From NCBI GenBank assembly GCA_963807165.1, contig CAWDZM010000001.1, positions 119,963-183,962 of the forward strand: a stretch of 64,000 nt of DNA, written 5' to 3'. The stretch comes from an uncultured bacterium (GTDB lineage Bacteria; Patescibacteriota; Minisyncoccia; UBA6257; 2-01-FULL-56-20). Positions 37,449 to 47,304 of this stretch are shown here, piece by piece (the stretch's first letter is position 1; every line of letters begins with the position of its first letter). The notes beneath the pieces were generated by a model, which saw nothing but the letters and a program-made list of their open reading frames with translations, searched no databases and had not been told where the DNA came from. Made by a program: the position numbers and the translations under genes.

Positions 37449-39363
37449 ACGATCATCTGAAAATCCGATACTCATTCCGGATGCGTCTTTGGCGTGGGAA
37501 GCAGAAGCGGCGTTCAACCCGTCGGTAGTGGGCGGTCGCGACGGCAAAGTGCATATGCTTTTTCGCGCCGCCGGTATAAAACAAAATATTGCCGGCGCCG
37601 AAGTGGAAGTTTCAACCATCGGCCATGCGATAGGTAAAAACGCGATAGATTTTGGTAGTGAGCGGGAGCAGCTTGTTGTACCAGTCGAATCATGGGAACG
37701 GTACGGATGTGAGGATCCGCGGGTGACAGAGTTCGAGGGAAGGTATTATATTTTTTATACCGCGGTTTCAGATTTCTCTGCGGACGGCATCAAGGTGGCG
37801 GTTGCCATCACAAAAGATCTTAAAACGATAGACGAGCGGCATCTCGTGACACCGTTCAACGCAAAAGCTATGGCGCTTTTCCCTGAGCGCATCGGTGGCA
37901 AGATCGCCGCGCTCGTCACGGTAAACACCGACCGGCCGCCGGCAAAGATCGCTGTGGCATTTTTTGATCGCGTGGAAGATATATGGTCCAAGGAATATTG
38001 GGATGTGTGGTACAAAGATTTTGAGCACCATGTGATCGATATTGAGCAGAATGAGAAAGATCAGATCGAGGTAGGATCCGCGCCGCTCAAGACCAAGGAT
38101 GGTTGGCTCATCTTCTATTCCTATATCTATAACTATTTTGCTCCGCCGCCGATATTCGGCATCCAGGCGGCGCTGCTTGATTTGAATGATCCACAGAAGA
38201 TCGTTGGTGAAGTAAAGCGACCGTTTATTGTGCCGCAAGAGGAGTACGAATTCTATGGTCGCGTACCGCACGTTGTTTTCCCGTCAGGCGCGCTCATCCG
38301 CGCCGCGGATGTGTATCTCTATTATGGCGCGACGGATACGACCTCGTGCGTGGCGACGTTCAAAAAAAAGGAACTTCTGGAACAATTGGTGTTCACGGCA
38401 AAGCGGCAGCTACGTCGTTTTGAAAAAAATCCCATCATTACGCCGATGCCGGAACATGCGTGGGAGTCAAAGGCGACGTTCAACCCTGCCGCGATCTATG
38501 AAGGCGGTATTGTTCATATTCTGTATCGCGCAATGTCGGAGGATAATACGTCGGTGATCGGCTATGCATCGTCGCCGGACGGTGTGGACATCACTGAACG
38601 ATTGCCCGACCCTATCTACACGCCGCGCGCAGACTTTGAGCAGAAGAAAAATCCTGGCGGCAACTCTGGTTGTGAAGATCCGCGCATCACGAAGATCGGC
38701 GAGCGCATCTATATGTGCTATACCGCGTACGACGGCGTTGACGCGCCCCGCGTCGCATTCACTTCTATTGACGCAAATGATTTTGTGGCGCATCAATGGA
38801 AGTGGACACCGCCGCTATTGATCTCGCCGCCCGGCATGGATGACAAGGATGCTGCAGTGTTTCCAAAGAAGATCGGCGGGAAATATATCTTCCTCCATCG
38901 GCTCGGTTCGGAGATCTGGATCGATCGCGTGGATGACCTCGAATTTAACAATGGAAAATTTTTGGGTGGTGAAGTGTTGATGCATCCGCGCGATACCGCA
39001 TGGGATTCCAAACGCATCGGCATCTCCGCACCGCCGATCGAAACAAAGTACGGATGGCTCCTTTTATATCATGGCATCTCCAAGCGCAGCGGGTATTATA
39101 CTGTTCGCGCCGCGTTGCTCGATCTTAAAGACCCCTCAAAGATCTTATATCGCACGCACGATCCACTACTCGAACCCACGCTCACATATGAACGCCAGGG
39201 GATTGTTTCGAACGTTGTATTCCCGTGCGGTGCCGTCGTTCTGCGGCATCAGCTATATATCTATTATGGTGGCGCGGATAAAGTGGTGGGCGTGGCATCC
39301 ATCGATATCGATTTTCTTATCGAGGGACTCGTGAAGGAAGCAAAGATGGGAGGGAGTGGATAA
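37435..39363 (+). CDS. tandem double GH130-domain protein
   Basis: Two collinear GH130 modules: NPILIPDASLAWEAEAAFNP...GCEDPRVTEF...YYGATD and NPIITPMPEHAWESKATFNP...GCEDPRITKIG...YYGGAD; 14-nt overlap with the upstream GH130 gene. Confidence 0.7.
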   Translation: MAGAKRSSENPILIPDASLAWEAEAAFNPSVVGGRDGKVHMLFRAAGIKQNIAGAEVEVSTIGHAIGKNAIDFGSEREQLVVPVESWERYGCEDPRVTEFEGRYYIFYTAVSDFSADGIKVAVAITKDLKTIDERHLVTPFNAKAMALFPERIGGKIAALVTVNTDRPPAKIAVAFFDRVEDIWSKEYWDVWYKDFEHHVIDIEQNEKDQIEVGSAPLKTKDGWLIFYSYIYNYFAPPPIFGIQAALLDLNDPQKIVGEVKRPFIVPQEEYEFYGRVPHVVFPSGALIRAADVYLYYGATDTTSCVATFKKKELLEQLVFTAKRQLRRFEKNPIITPMPEHAWESKATFNPAAIYEGGIVHILYRAMSEDNTSVIGYASSPDGVDITERLPDPIYTPRADFEQKKNPGGNSGCEDPRITKIGERIYMCYTAYDGVDAPRVAFTSIDANDFVAHQWKWTPPLLISPPGMDDKDAAVFPKKIGGKYIFLHRLGSEIWIDRVDDLEFNNGKFLGGEVLMHPRDTAWDSKRIGISAPPIETKYGWLLLYHGISKRSGYYTVRAALLDLKDPSKILYRTHDPLLEPTLTYERQGIVSNVVFPCGAVVLRHQLYIYYGGADKVVGVASIDIDFLIEGLVKEAKMGGSG

Positions 39364-39458
39364 ATGGTTATCCACCATTGACGCTTCACGCCCCTCCGCG
39401 CTAAAATAGTTAAGTAACCTAATAGTTATATTTTCTAATATCGCTTGATAGTATTGAT

Positions 39459-39890
39459 ATGGCACAAAAACCCGCAACAATGGAAGAGCTCGTATCGCAC
39501 ATGTTCATCATGGGGCGGCTGATGCGCGATAAGATGCATAAGAATATCAGCACGGGACAGTGCTCGCTGTTGGAATTTGAGACGCTTAAATATGTAAAGG
39601 ACGTGGGCCGGCCGCATATGAGGGATGTGGCAAAGAATTTTCATGTAACACCGCCTGCGGCAACGCTCCTCATAGACTCACTCGTAAAGGCAAGATTACT
39701 CGCGCGGGTGCTGGATCCAAAGGATCGTCGTTCGGTGCGGGTAAGCGTCACGCTAAAGGGAAGGCAACTACTCGAGCGGGGGATGGCAAAGAAAGTAAAC
39801 GAGATAAAGAAAGTTTTCGGTTCGCTCACTCCTGCCGAGCGCACACATTTCGTCGTAGTACTTAAAAAAATAATTAAAAATAATCTATAA
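39459..39890 (+). CDS. MarR-family transcriptional regulator
   Basis: Winged HTH: CSLLEFETLKYVKDVGRPHMRDVAKNFHVTPPAATLLIDSLVKARLLARVLDPKDRRSVRVSVTLKG. Confidence 0.8.
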   Translation: MAQKPATMEELVSHMFIMGRLMRDKMHKNISTGQCSLLEFETLKYVKDVGRPHMRDVAKNFHVTPPAATLLIDSLVKARLLARVLDPKDRRSVRVSVTLKGRQLLERGMAKKVNEIKKVFGSLTPAERTHFVVVLKKIIKNNL

Positions 39891-39898
39891 CGCCCCCC

Positions 39899-41413
39899 AT
39901 GAAAACATTCTTTTCAACATATTATAAATGGATAGCGGTCGTGGCGTTGGTGCTCGTCGCGGCTGGTGTATGGTGGTACGTCGGCTCCGCAACGCCGCCG
40001 ACATTCGGCCAGGTTACCGTGGCTAGAGGAAATGTTGTTCAATCGGTGGATGAGGCCGGAACGGTGCTCGCCGAAAATAGCGCGGCAGTTTCATTCCAGG
40101 AACCAGGGCAGATCGCGCATGTCTATGTAAGCGAAGGCAGTCAGGTGCAGGCTGGAGCAGTACTCGCGGATCTTGATTCGGCACAGCTTAATGCGGCGGT
40201 GGAACAGGCGAATGCCGGCCTCGCGGCCGCGCAGGCACAGCTTGGCCAGCTCGCAAGCGGTACCCGCCCGGAGCAATTGACTATTGATGAGAGCGCGGTC
40301 GCGAGTGCGGATCAATCGCTCGGCATCGCGGTCGGGAACGCATACAGTGCATCGGATGATGCGGTGCGTAACCAGCTCGACAATATGTTTACAAACCCGA
40401 ATTCCGAAAGTCCGGTGTTTGTGGTGCAGGGTGGGAACGGCCAATCCAATAATCCAGGAACGATAAATAATATCCAGAATAATCGCGTGCAGATCGGGGT
40501 CGCGCTTGGAGAGTGGTATACGGCATTGAATGCATCCAGCTCCAACGTGGACTCTACAACGTTTTCGGCAACTGCCACCACCGACCTTGAACAGATTGAA
40601 TCGTACATCAATCAAATCGCCCTCGTAGTGAACGGTGCGACAAGCGGCTCGACGCTTTCTCCTGCGGCCATCGCGCAGTACAAGGCAAATATTGCAACCG
40701 CTCGCGCGGAGATAGAGGCATCCATCAGTGCTGTTTCCGGGGATCAATCGGCATTAACCGCGGCGGAGAACGTGCTTACGCTTGCGCAAGCGGGAGCGAC
40801 GCCCCAGCAGATCGCAACGCAGCAGGCAGTCGTCGCACAAGCGCAGGCGGCCGCGGCGAGCGCACAGGTGGCGCTCAATAACGCATCGCTCGTCGCACCA
40901 TTCTCTGGAACAGTACAGAATCTGACCGCGCAGGTAGGCCAGGTGGTATCGCCCGGCGTGCCGATGATGTCGCTCATCAACAATAGCGGATTAAAGATCC
41001 AAACGTACGTTTCTGAGAAAGATGTGGCAAATATAAAAACGGGTGAGGTGGCAGACGTGACCCTCGATGCTTTTGGCACTGGCACGATATTTCCCGCGAC
41101 GGTGACCACGGTGGACGCGGCACAGACGCAGGTGAATGGTTCGGCGGCATATCTGGTAACACTGCATTTCACCAATCCGAACGGCCAGATAAAAGATGGC
41201 ATGACAGGAAATGTTCATATCGTCGAAGCGGAGCACGATAACGTGGTTGAGGTGCCAAGCAATGTGGTGGTCAATGACGGCAATAATTATTTTGTGCTGA
41301 TGCAAAAAGGAGGGAGTGCCATACAAGAACCGGTGACGATAGGACTCGTAGGGAGCAGTACGACAGAGATCACTTCGGGGTTGAATCCTGGCGATGTAAT
41401 AAATAATTTTTAA
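39899..41413 (+). CDS. HlyD/EmrA-family membrane fusion protein
   Basis: N-terminal TM, biotin-lipoyl-like VSEGSQVQAGAVLADLD, coiled coil, beta-barrel. Confidence 0.65.
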   Translation: MKTFFSTYYKWIAVVALVLVAAGVWWYVGSATPPTFGQVTVARGNVVQSVDEAGTVLAENSAAVSFQEPGQIAHVYVSEGSQVQAGAVLADLDSAQLNAAVEQANAGLAAAQAQLGQLASGTRPEQLTIDESAVASADQSLGIAVGNAYSASDDAVRNQLDNMFTNPNSESPVFVVQGGNGQSNNPGTINNIQNNRVQIGVALGEWYTALNASSSNVDSTTFSATATTDLEQIESYINQIALVVNGATSGSTLSPAAIAQYKANIATARAEIEASISAVSGDQSALTAAENVLTLAQAGATPQQIATQQAVVAQAQAAAASAQVALNNASLVAPFSGTVQNLTAQVGQVVSPGVPMMSLINNSGLKIQTYVSEKDVANIKTGEVADVTLDAFGTGTIFPATVTTVDAAQTQVNGSAAYLVTLHFTNPNGQIKDGMTGNVHIVEAEHDNVVEVPSNVVVNDGNNYFVLMQKGGSAIQEPVTIGLVGSSTTEITSGLNPGDVINNF

Positions 41414-41418
41414 CGATC

Positions 41419-42069
41419 ATGTCCGAGAACGAACAAAAAAAATCAGGGGGTAGCCGTGCAAAACTCATCACGTGGATCATAGCGATTCTTGTCATCGTCG
41501 GTGGTGCAGGCGCCGGACTCTATTATTATGTGTCCTCAAAAACGGTCTACATCGATCTCTCGCAGATCCAGGCACCACTCATCAACCTTTCGCCGACGAA
41601 TTCCGGTGTGTTGCAGGCGCTCTATGTGAATCCCGGCGATACGGTGACAGCGAATGAGCCGGTGGCATTGGTGGGTAATGAGGTGGTGGAAGCGCAGACA
41701 GCAGGTGAGATCGTTACGACCAACAATAATATCGGGCAATTTATGAACACGCTGACCGGACAGGGGACAGTGGCGACGATGATCGATCCAACCCAGCTCC
41801 GCGTGGTCGGCAACCTCGATGAGAATAAGGGATTGAGTAATATAAAGATCGGTGATTCGGCGACGTTTACCGTGGATGCGTTCGGTGGCCAGGTGTTCAA
41901 GGGTGTCGTGGATGAAGTGGCGCCAACATCCGAACAGAGCGATGTGGTATTCAATATCTCCGATGCTCGCCCCACGAATCAATTCGCCGTGTATGTACGC
42001 TTTGATCCGACCCAATATCCTCAACTGAAGAACGGCATGTCGGCCAGAATTTGGGTGTACACGCAGTAG
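41419..42069 (+). CDS. second, short HlyD-like adaptor protein
   Basis: N-terminal TM; LYVNPGDTVTANEPVALV (lipoyl-like); GDSATFTVDAFGGQVFKGVV (beta-barrel). Confidence 0.55.
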   Translation: MSENEQKKSGGSRAKLITWIIAILVIVGGAGAGLYYYVSSKTVYIDLSQIQAPLINLSPTNSGVLQALYVNPGDTVTANEPVALVGNEVVEAQTAGEIVTTNNNIGQFMNTLTGQGTVATMIDPTQLRVVGNLDENKGLSNIKIGDSATFTVDAFGGQVFKGVVDEVAPTSEQSDVVFNISDARPTNQFAVYVRFDPTQYPQLKNGMSARIWVYTQ

Positions 42070-42072
42070 CCA

Positions 42073-43581
42073 GTGGCAGAAGTAATAGGAGAAGTAAAAA
42101 AAGACAGAAGCAACCTGCGTTGGTGGGTGCTCGGTACTGTCATCTTCGGAACATTTTTGGGCCGTCTCGATCAGACGGTGGTCAACCTTGCACTCCCAAA
42201 GATCATTGGCGATTTTAGTATCAGCGTCTCGGATGCGGCGTGGATCTCCACGGCGTATATTTTGGCGAACGCGGTGTTCGTCCCCGTATGGGGGAAATTG
42301 GGAGATACCGCTGGGCGAAAAAAAATCTACCTGATCGGTTTCATCGGCTTTATTGTCGCATCGGCATTGTGTGCCATCGCATGGAATCTACCCTCGATGA
42401 TCATCTTCCGCGTCGTTCAAGGATTTGCCGTATCGGCAGACTATCCAACTGCCATGGCGATCATCGCAATCACTTTTACCGATATGAAGGAGCGCGCACA
42501 GGCGCTCGGTATTTGGTCCGCGGGATTCGCGGTGGCATCGGTATTTGGTCCGCTTATCGGCGGTCCGCTTATCGACAATTTTAATTGGCGTTCGGTCTTC
42601 TTCATCAATATTCCGCTCGGCATCATCGGGTTATTCTTGGCGCTCACATTTATCGATGAATCCGTGGGAGTTAAACGCAGCGCAAAATTCGACTGGTGGG
42701 GTGCAAGTACGCTTGGCGCCGCGCTCTTTACACTCACCCTTGTGCTCGATCAAGGGCAGACATGGGGATGGTTATCGCTTGCCAGTGTCGCATGTTATAT
42801 AGGCACGATCGCGTTCAGCTTTTTGTTCTATGAGATCGAGACGCGACAAGATGAGCCTATCGTGGACTTCAAATTCTTCAAGATACCGGCGTTTGTCTAT
42901 ACGTTGCTCAATAACTTTATCGTCTTTATGGCGCTCATCGGAGCCATCTTCCTCATTCCAATCTTTGCGGAAACCTTTTTAGGATATGACGCCACGCAGA
43001 CCGGCTATCTTTTTTTACCCCTCGCCATATCCCTCATGATCGCCGCACCACTCGGTGGCCGTTTGATCGGCAAGGTAAAGCCAAGCTATGTTATTTTCCT
43101 CAGTACTTTCTTCTGTGGCTTTGGTATTCTGCTGCTTTCACTCATCGATCCGCGCTCGACGGCAATCGATATTATGATCCCGATGAGTATCATGGCCTTT
43201 TCCCTCGGTTTCGGTATGGCGCAACGTACCAACCTGGTTGCCGTCGTCGTGCCACAAAATGAGATCGGCGAAGCGTCCGCGATCCTCGCCCTCGTGCGCA
43301 ACATCTCCGGCGCATTCGGCGTGGCGATCTTCAGCACGATCCTTGATAATTCTATCAATGGAAATGTTTTCAAGATTGCCCAACAGAGCATTTTGAATGG
43401 ATCCGGGAGGCAGTTGATGGAAGAGTTCACCAGTCTTATTATTCTCAAAGCACAGGTGGCGGGGTATGCCACCGTATTCGAAGTGGCAGCAATCATTGTG
43501 ATACTCGGATCATTCACTGCATTACTCATCAATGTTCCTAAAGAAGCGATCAATGCCGCGCACCACGTCGTGGCGGAATAA
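42073..43581 (+). CDS. MFS drug-efflux transporter (DHA2/EmrB-like, 14 TM)
   Basis: GRLDQTVVNLALPKI, VWGKLGDTAGRKK, 14 predicted TM. Confidence 0.85.
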   Translation: MAEVIGEVKKDRSNLRWWVLGTVIFGTFLGRLDQTVVNLALPKIIGDFSISVSDAAWISTAYILANAVFVPVWGKLGDTAGRKKIYLIGFIGFIVASALCAIAWNLPSMIIFRVVQGFAVSADYPTAMAIIAITFTDMKERAQALGIWSAGFAVASVFGPLIGGPLIDNFNWRSVFFINIPLGIIGLFLALTFIDESVGVKRSAKFDWWGASTLGAALFTLTLVLDQGQTWGWLSLASVACYIGTIAFSFLFYEIETRQDEPIVDFKFFKIPAFVYTLLNNFIVFMALIGAIFLIPIFAETFLGYDATQTGYLFLPLAISLMIAAPLGGRLIGKVKPSYVIFLSTFFCGFGILLLSLIDPRSTAIDIMIPMSIMAFSLGFGMAQRTNLVAVVVPQNEIGEASAILALVRNISGAFGVAIFSTILDNSINGNVFKIAQQSILNGSGRQLMEEFTSLIILKAQVAGYATVFEVAAIIVILGSFTALLINVPKEAINAAHHVVAE

Positions 43582-43606
43582 CATATTTTTTTATAGAATC
43601 ATTTTC

Positions 43607-44719
43607 ATGCCTATCATTCTTATCCTGACACTGATCGTTTTTGAGGTTCTCCTTATTATCGTCCACCTGGCCGTATACGCTACGCTCGTTGCGGCTTTTG
43701 GTATTGGTGGCATGTGGCTCAAAGTTCTGTTCGTCGCATTGGCACTCACGTTTGTTTCGGCGTCAGCGCTTTCGCATTTTTATAAAAGCGAAATTTTGGA
43801 TCGCTATTATCAGTTTTCCGCATATTGGTTTGGGCTGGTGCATTTTCTCTTCGGCGCGGCAGTGATATTTTATTTCACATTGAATATTTTTTATGCACAT
43901 GGCGTGTATATTTCTCCGGCGCTCGTCGGCGGGATCTGTTTTGGCGCCGCATTCCTTTTACATCTCTATGGCACTGTGCACAGCCAGTGTCCGAAGGTTG
44001 TCCGGGTAAAGATTCCATTCTCATCATTGCCTGGATTCCGCGCCGATTTTTGGAAAGATAAAAAAATTGTGTTTGTGAGCGATTTCCAGCTGGGAAATAT
44101 TTATAGACAGAATTTCACCGCGCGGGTGGCACAAAAGATCGCCGTGCTCGATCCGTATGCCGTGCTGATCGGCGGTGATCTGTACGATGGCGTTGTTTGC
44201 AATGAAGCAAAGTTGATCGAGCCGTTGCGCTCTCTGCATCCCACGGGCGGTGTCTATATGATCACCGGCAATCACGAATATTATTTGCCCGACGTCCCGC
44301 GCGCACTTGATGCGATTCGCGCGGCGGGGATTACTGTGTTGGATGATAAGAAAATAGATATCGGTGGCATCGACCTCATCGGCGTCGATTATCGATCGTC
44401 ACATAAGCGCGATGATTTTAAAAATACCCTCGCACGGATTGGTGTTGATCGCACGCGGCCGAGCATTCTTCTTAAGCACGAGCCGATCGATCTCGACGTC
44501 GCTGCCGACGCCGGTGTATCGCTCGACCTCTCGGGCCACACGCACCACGGGCAAATATTCCCGCTTATGTTCTTTACCTGGCAGATCTATAAAGGATTCG
44601 ACTATGGATTAAAACATCACGGCGTGATGCAGGTTTTTACCTCCAGCGGCGCAGGCACGTGGGGTCCACCCCTCCGGCTTGGCACAAAATCGGAGATTGT
44701 CCTTATTGAATTTGTATAA
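43607..44719 (+). CDS. calcineurin-like metallophosphoesterase with N-terminal membrane domain
   Basis: VFVSDFQLG, GGDLYDG, ITGNHEYY, LKHEP, GHTHHGQ. Confidence 0.75.
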   Translation: MPIILILTLIVFEVLLIIVHLAVYATLVAAFGIGGMWLKVLFVALALTFVSASALSHFYKSEILDRYYQFSAYWFGLVHFLFGAAVIFYFTLNIFYAHGVYISPALVGGICFGAAFLLHLYGTVHSQCPKVVRVKIPFSSLPGFRADFWKDKKIVFVSDFQLGNIYRQNFTARVAQKIAVLDPYAVLIGGDLYDGVVCNEAKLIEPLRSLHPTGGVYMITGNHEYYLPDVPRALDAIRAAGITVLDDKKIDIGGIDLIGVDYRSSHKRDDFKNTLARIGVDRTRPSILLKHEPIDLDVAADAGVSLDLSGHTHHGQIFPLMFFTWQIYKGFDYGLKHHGVMQVFTSSGAGTWGPPLRLGTKSEIVLIEFV

Positions 44720-44721
44720 AC

Positions 44722-44800
44722 TAAATAAAATAGGGATAGGTGTTGAGCGAGTGGACGTTCTTACGTCGGAGTGAAATATCTATCCCTATTTTATTTTTGG
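44722..44800. repeat. hairpin carrying the conserved core (copy 3, reverse orientation); bidirectional terminator between convergent genes
   Basis: aaaatagggatag...GAGCGAGTGGACGTTCTTACGTCGGAG...ctatccctatttt; overlaps the stop of the minus-strand dsbB-like gene. Confidence 0.7.
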
Positions 44801-45352
44801 CCGATGCAATAACATAAAGCACAATATGAGTGCGAATGCGGTCAGCGACATCGTCGGGATGGTGATGTAGCCGTACATAAGGAAATAGACATAAGAGCAC
44901 GTGGGACCGATTGCCGAGCAGGGGACGATCGCACCGCCGCCGAACTGAAGATACATATGATAGGCGGCGATGGGGAATCCGATCGCAGAAAGAATAAGGC
45001 ACGCTTTTTGGGTAAAGTTTTGGAATTTGCGCACGTGTTCTTCTTTACGCGCAAAGAGCGCGAGGAAGAGGATCACTGACTGCGTGTAGAGAAGTCCGCG
45101 CTGGATCCAGCAGAGCTCACACGGCGCAAAGTGCGCGAACTCGGAATAGAAGAGGCTTCCCGCCACACCGCCGGCGGCGACAAGGAGCGAAAGAAGTATG
45201 GCGCGATCTCCAGTCAACGATGCTATTTTTTTACCCCAGCGCGTTTCGCTCAGCGGCGTGAGGATGATCGCAAAAAGAAATACGATCGCGACATCAGCCG
45301 CGATGGTGCCAAGGGAAAGAACATTGGTAACAGCTTGGACGAAAGGGGTCAT
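44786..45352 (-). CDS. dsbB: disulfide bond formation protein B (DsbB/BdbC-like)
   Basis: 4-5 TM; CELCWIQR (CxxC) and a second Cys pair CSAIGPTC. Confidence 0.65.
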   Translation of the reverse strand: MTPFVQAVTNVLSLGTIAADVAIVFLFAIILTPLSETRWGKKIASLTGDRAILLSLLVAAGGVAGSLFYSEFAHFAPCELCWIQRGLLYTQSVILFLALFARKEEHVRKFQNFTQKACLILSAIGFPIAAYHMYLQFGGGAIVPCSAIGPTCSYVYFLMYGYITIPTMSLTAFALILCFMLLHRPKIK

Positions 45353-45394
45353 AAAAAGATATTAAAAGTAGATTAATTATATCACAGCGCGCCG

Positions 45395-45805
45395 TTACAG
45401 CGTGCAGCCGGTTTTTGCCGCGAGCGTCGCAGGGGTTTGCACGCCGACAAGGCGCGAGCCATCGGCAAAAACCCACGTCGGATATTGCACGATATCGTGA
45501 TCGATACACACCTGCGTTTGCCCAGAGCCGCTGGGAAGTGAGCACTCAACATACGGGAGATATTGTGCTCCGGTGCCGAACTTTGTCTTCTGTGCCTCGC
45601 AATGCGGGCACCAGAACGCACCATAGAACGTGGTGCTGCTTTGTGCGATGCATTTTGCGAGCGAATCATATTCATGGGCTGGCGGCGGCAGTCCCTGCCA
45701 ATATACAAACGCGCCGAGCGCGACACAAATAGCGAGCATCACCCAGATGGAAATCCGAATCCGCCGCAGGCTGCGTTTTTGTTCTTCGGTAGCACCCTTC
45801 ACCAT
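45395..45805 (-). CDS. membrane-anchored thioredoxin-like thiol-disulfide oxidoreductase
   Basis: N-terminal TM; active site WCPHC; adjacent to the dsbB-like gene. Confidence 0.65.
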   Translation of the reverse strand: MVKGATEEQKRSLRRIRISIWVMLAICVALGAFVYWQGLPPPAHEYDSLAKCIAQSSTTFYGAFWCPHCEAQKTKFGTGAQYLPYVECSLPSGSGQTQVCIDHDIVQYPTWVFADGSRLVGVQTPATLAAKTGCTL

Positions 45806-45887
45806 TGGTTAATCGTACTACTTTTTATAACGTGGTGGAAATGGGATAATGAAATAAATCAATTTTCATGCTGTATTAGATTTACAG

Positions 45888-46472
45888 GTGCCTACCAATC
45901 ATATGCCGGAACTATCAGCAGACATAGAAAAGAATGACGAAGAGATAGCGATGCTGGTGCAAAAGGGAAATGTAGAGTCGTTCCGCGTTTTAGTGGAGCG
46001 GTATGAACCGAAGATGACGCGGTATGCCAAGCGGTTCTTTTTTGATGGTGACGATGGCAAAGACCTCGTGCAAGAGGTCTTTATAAAGGCGTATGTGAAC
46101 ATCAAAAGTTTTGACGTCTCCCGGCGCTTCTCGCCATGGATCTACCGCATTGCACATAACGAGTTTGTTAATAATATCAAACGGCGGCAAAGGGATCGGG
46201 ATACCACCTCGGTCTTTGATTTCGACGTGTTATTTCCTCATTTAACGGCAAAGGAGACCGCGGATGATGGATCCAATAAAGCAGAACTGAAGCAGATGCT
46301 CGAGAAGTCTCTTGATATGCTAAACGAAAAATATAAAGAACCCCTCGTGTTGTATTATTTTGAAGATATGGATTATAAAGAGATCGCAGATATTCTGCAT
46401 ATTCCGATATCAACGGTCGGCGTGCGTTTACAGCGGGGGAGGGCAATGTTAAAAAAAATCGTCAAGGAATAA
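45888..46472 (+). CDS. ECF-subfamily RNA polymerase sigma factor
   Basis: Region 2 (DLVQEVFIKAYVNIKSFD...FSPWIYRIAHNEF) and region 4 (LVLYYFEDMDYKEIADILHIPISTVGVRLQRGRAMLKK). Confidence 0.8.
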   Translation: MPTNHMPELSADIEKNDEEIAMLVQKGNVESFRVLVERYEPKMTRYAKRFFFDGDDGKDLVQEVFIKAYVNIKSFDVSRRFSPWIYRIAHNEFVNNIKRRQRDRDTTSVFDFDVLFPHLTAKETADDGSNKAELKQMLEKSLDMLNEKYKEPLVLYYFEDMDYKEIADILHIPISTVGVRLQRGRAMLKKIVKE

Positions 46473-46487
46473 TACTATAGTAAAAAA

Positions 46488-47177
46488 ATGGAAAACAGTG
46501 AGGAGATCATCAATACCATACAGAGCGGCGAGGCAAAGATGCATTCGCAGGCTTACTTTGTCGTGCAAGCGGTGCTTGCGATCATCGCCGCGCTCGTACT
46601 CTTCTTCCTTATCGTTTTCATCGCCACGTTCATCATCTTTGCCCTTCAGCAAAATGGCGGATTCTTTGCGACGAACTTCGGGTTGGGCGGTTGGGCAATA
46701 TTCTTGGAATCATTGCCGTGGGTAATTTTTCTTCTCTCCATCGCGCTCTTACTCATTCTGTGGCTGCTCCTGCGGCGCTACTCAGTTGTTTATCATCAGC
46801 CGGTGCTCTACACATTGCTTATCCTTATTGTTGCTATAGGGCTCATCGCAGTTTTCCTATTCCCGGATTCTATCCACGGCGGCATTCTCCGTTACGCATC
46901 AAGGAATCAAATGCCGATCGTGGCGGGAGTGTATGAATTTGAAACCGCCCCAATGAGCGGAATCTATCGCGGCCAGGTGGTTGTGCTTGCGACGAGCAGC
47001 TTTATCCTTGGAAATTCGCTTGGACAGACTTCAACCGTGCTCATTGTGCCGCCCTCTAGCGCATCATCGGAGCTCGGTGATATCGAGCCGGGGAATTACG
47101 TCATTATTTTTGGCCACGGTGTTGCAACCGCCACCATTGAGGCCTCGGGCGTAGAGAAAATCGTAGATTACGAGTAA
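46488..47177 (+). CDS. hypothetical membrane protein, possible anti-sigma factor
   Basis: Gene order; four TM helices; no motif. Confidence 0.4.
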   Translation: MENSEEIINTIQSGEAKMHSQAYFVVQAVLAIIAALVLFFLIVFIATFIIFALQQNGGFFATNFGLGGWAIFLESLPWVIFLLSIALLLILWLLLRRYSVVYHQPVLYTLLILIVAIGLIAVFLFPDSIHGGILRYASRNQMPIVAGVYEFETAPMSGIYRGQVVVLATSSFILGNSLGQTSTVLIVPPSSASSELGDIEPGNYVIIFGHGVATATIEASGVEKIVDYE

Positions 47178-47304
47178 GTGAAAGAAAGGAATTGAGGAGG
47201 TGTATTAAGTGATGAGCAGCAAAGGTCACAAATCAATAAAAAAATATGCCTATGGTCCGCTTTGGGCGGAGTGAATAAAACCAATAAAAAAATATCATGC
47301 ATAA

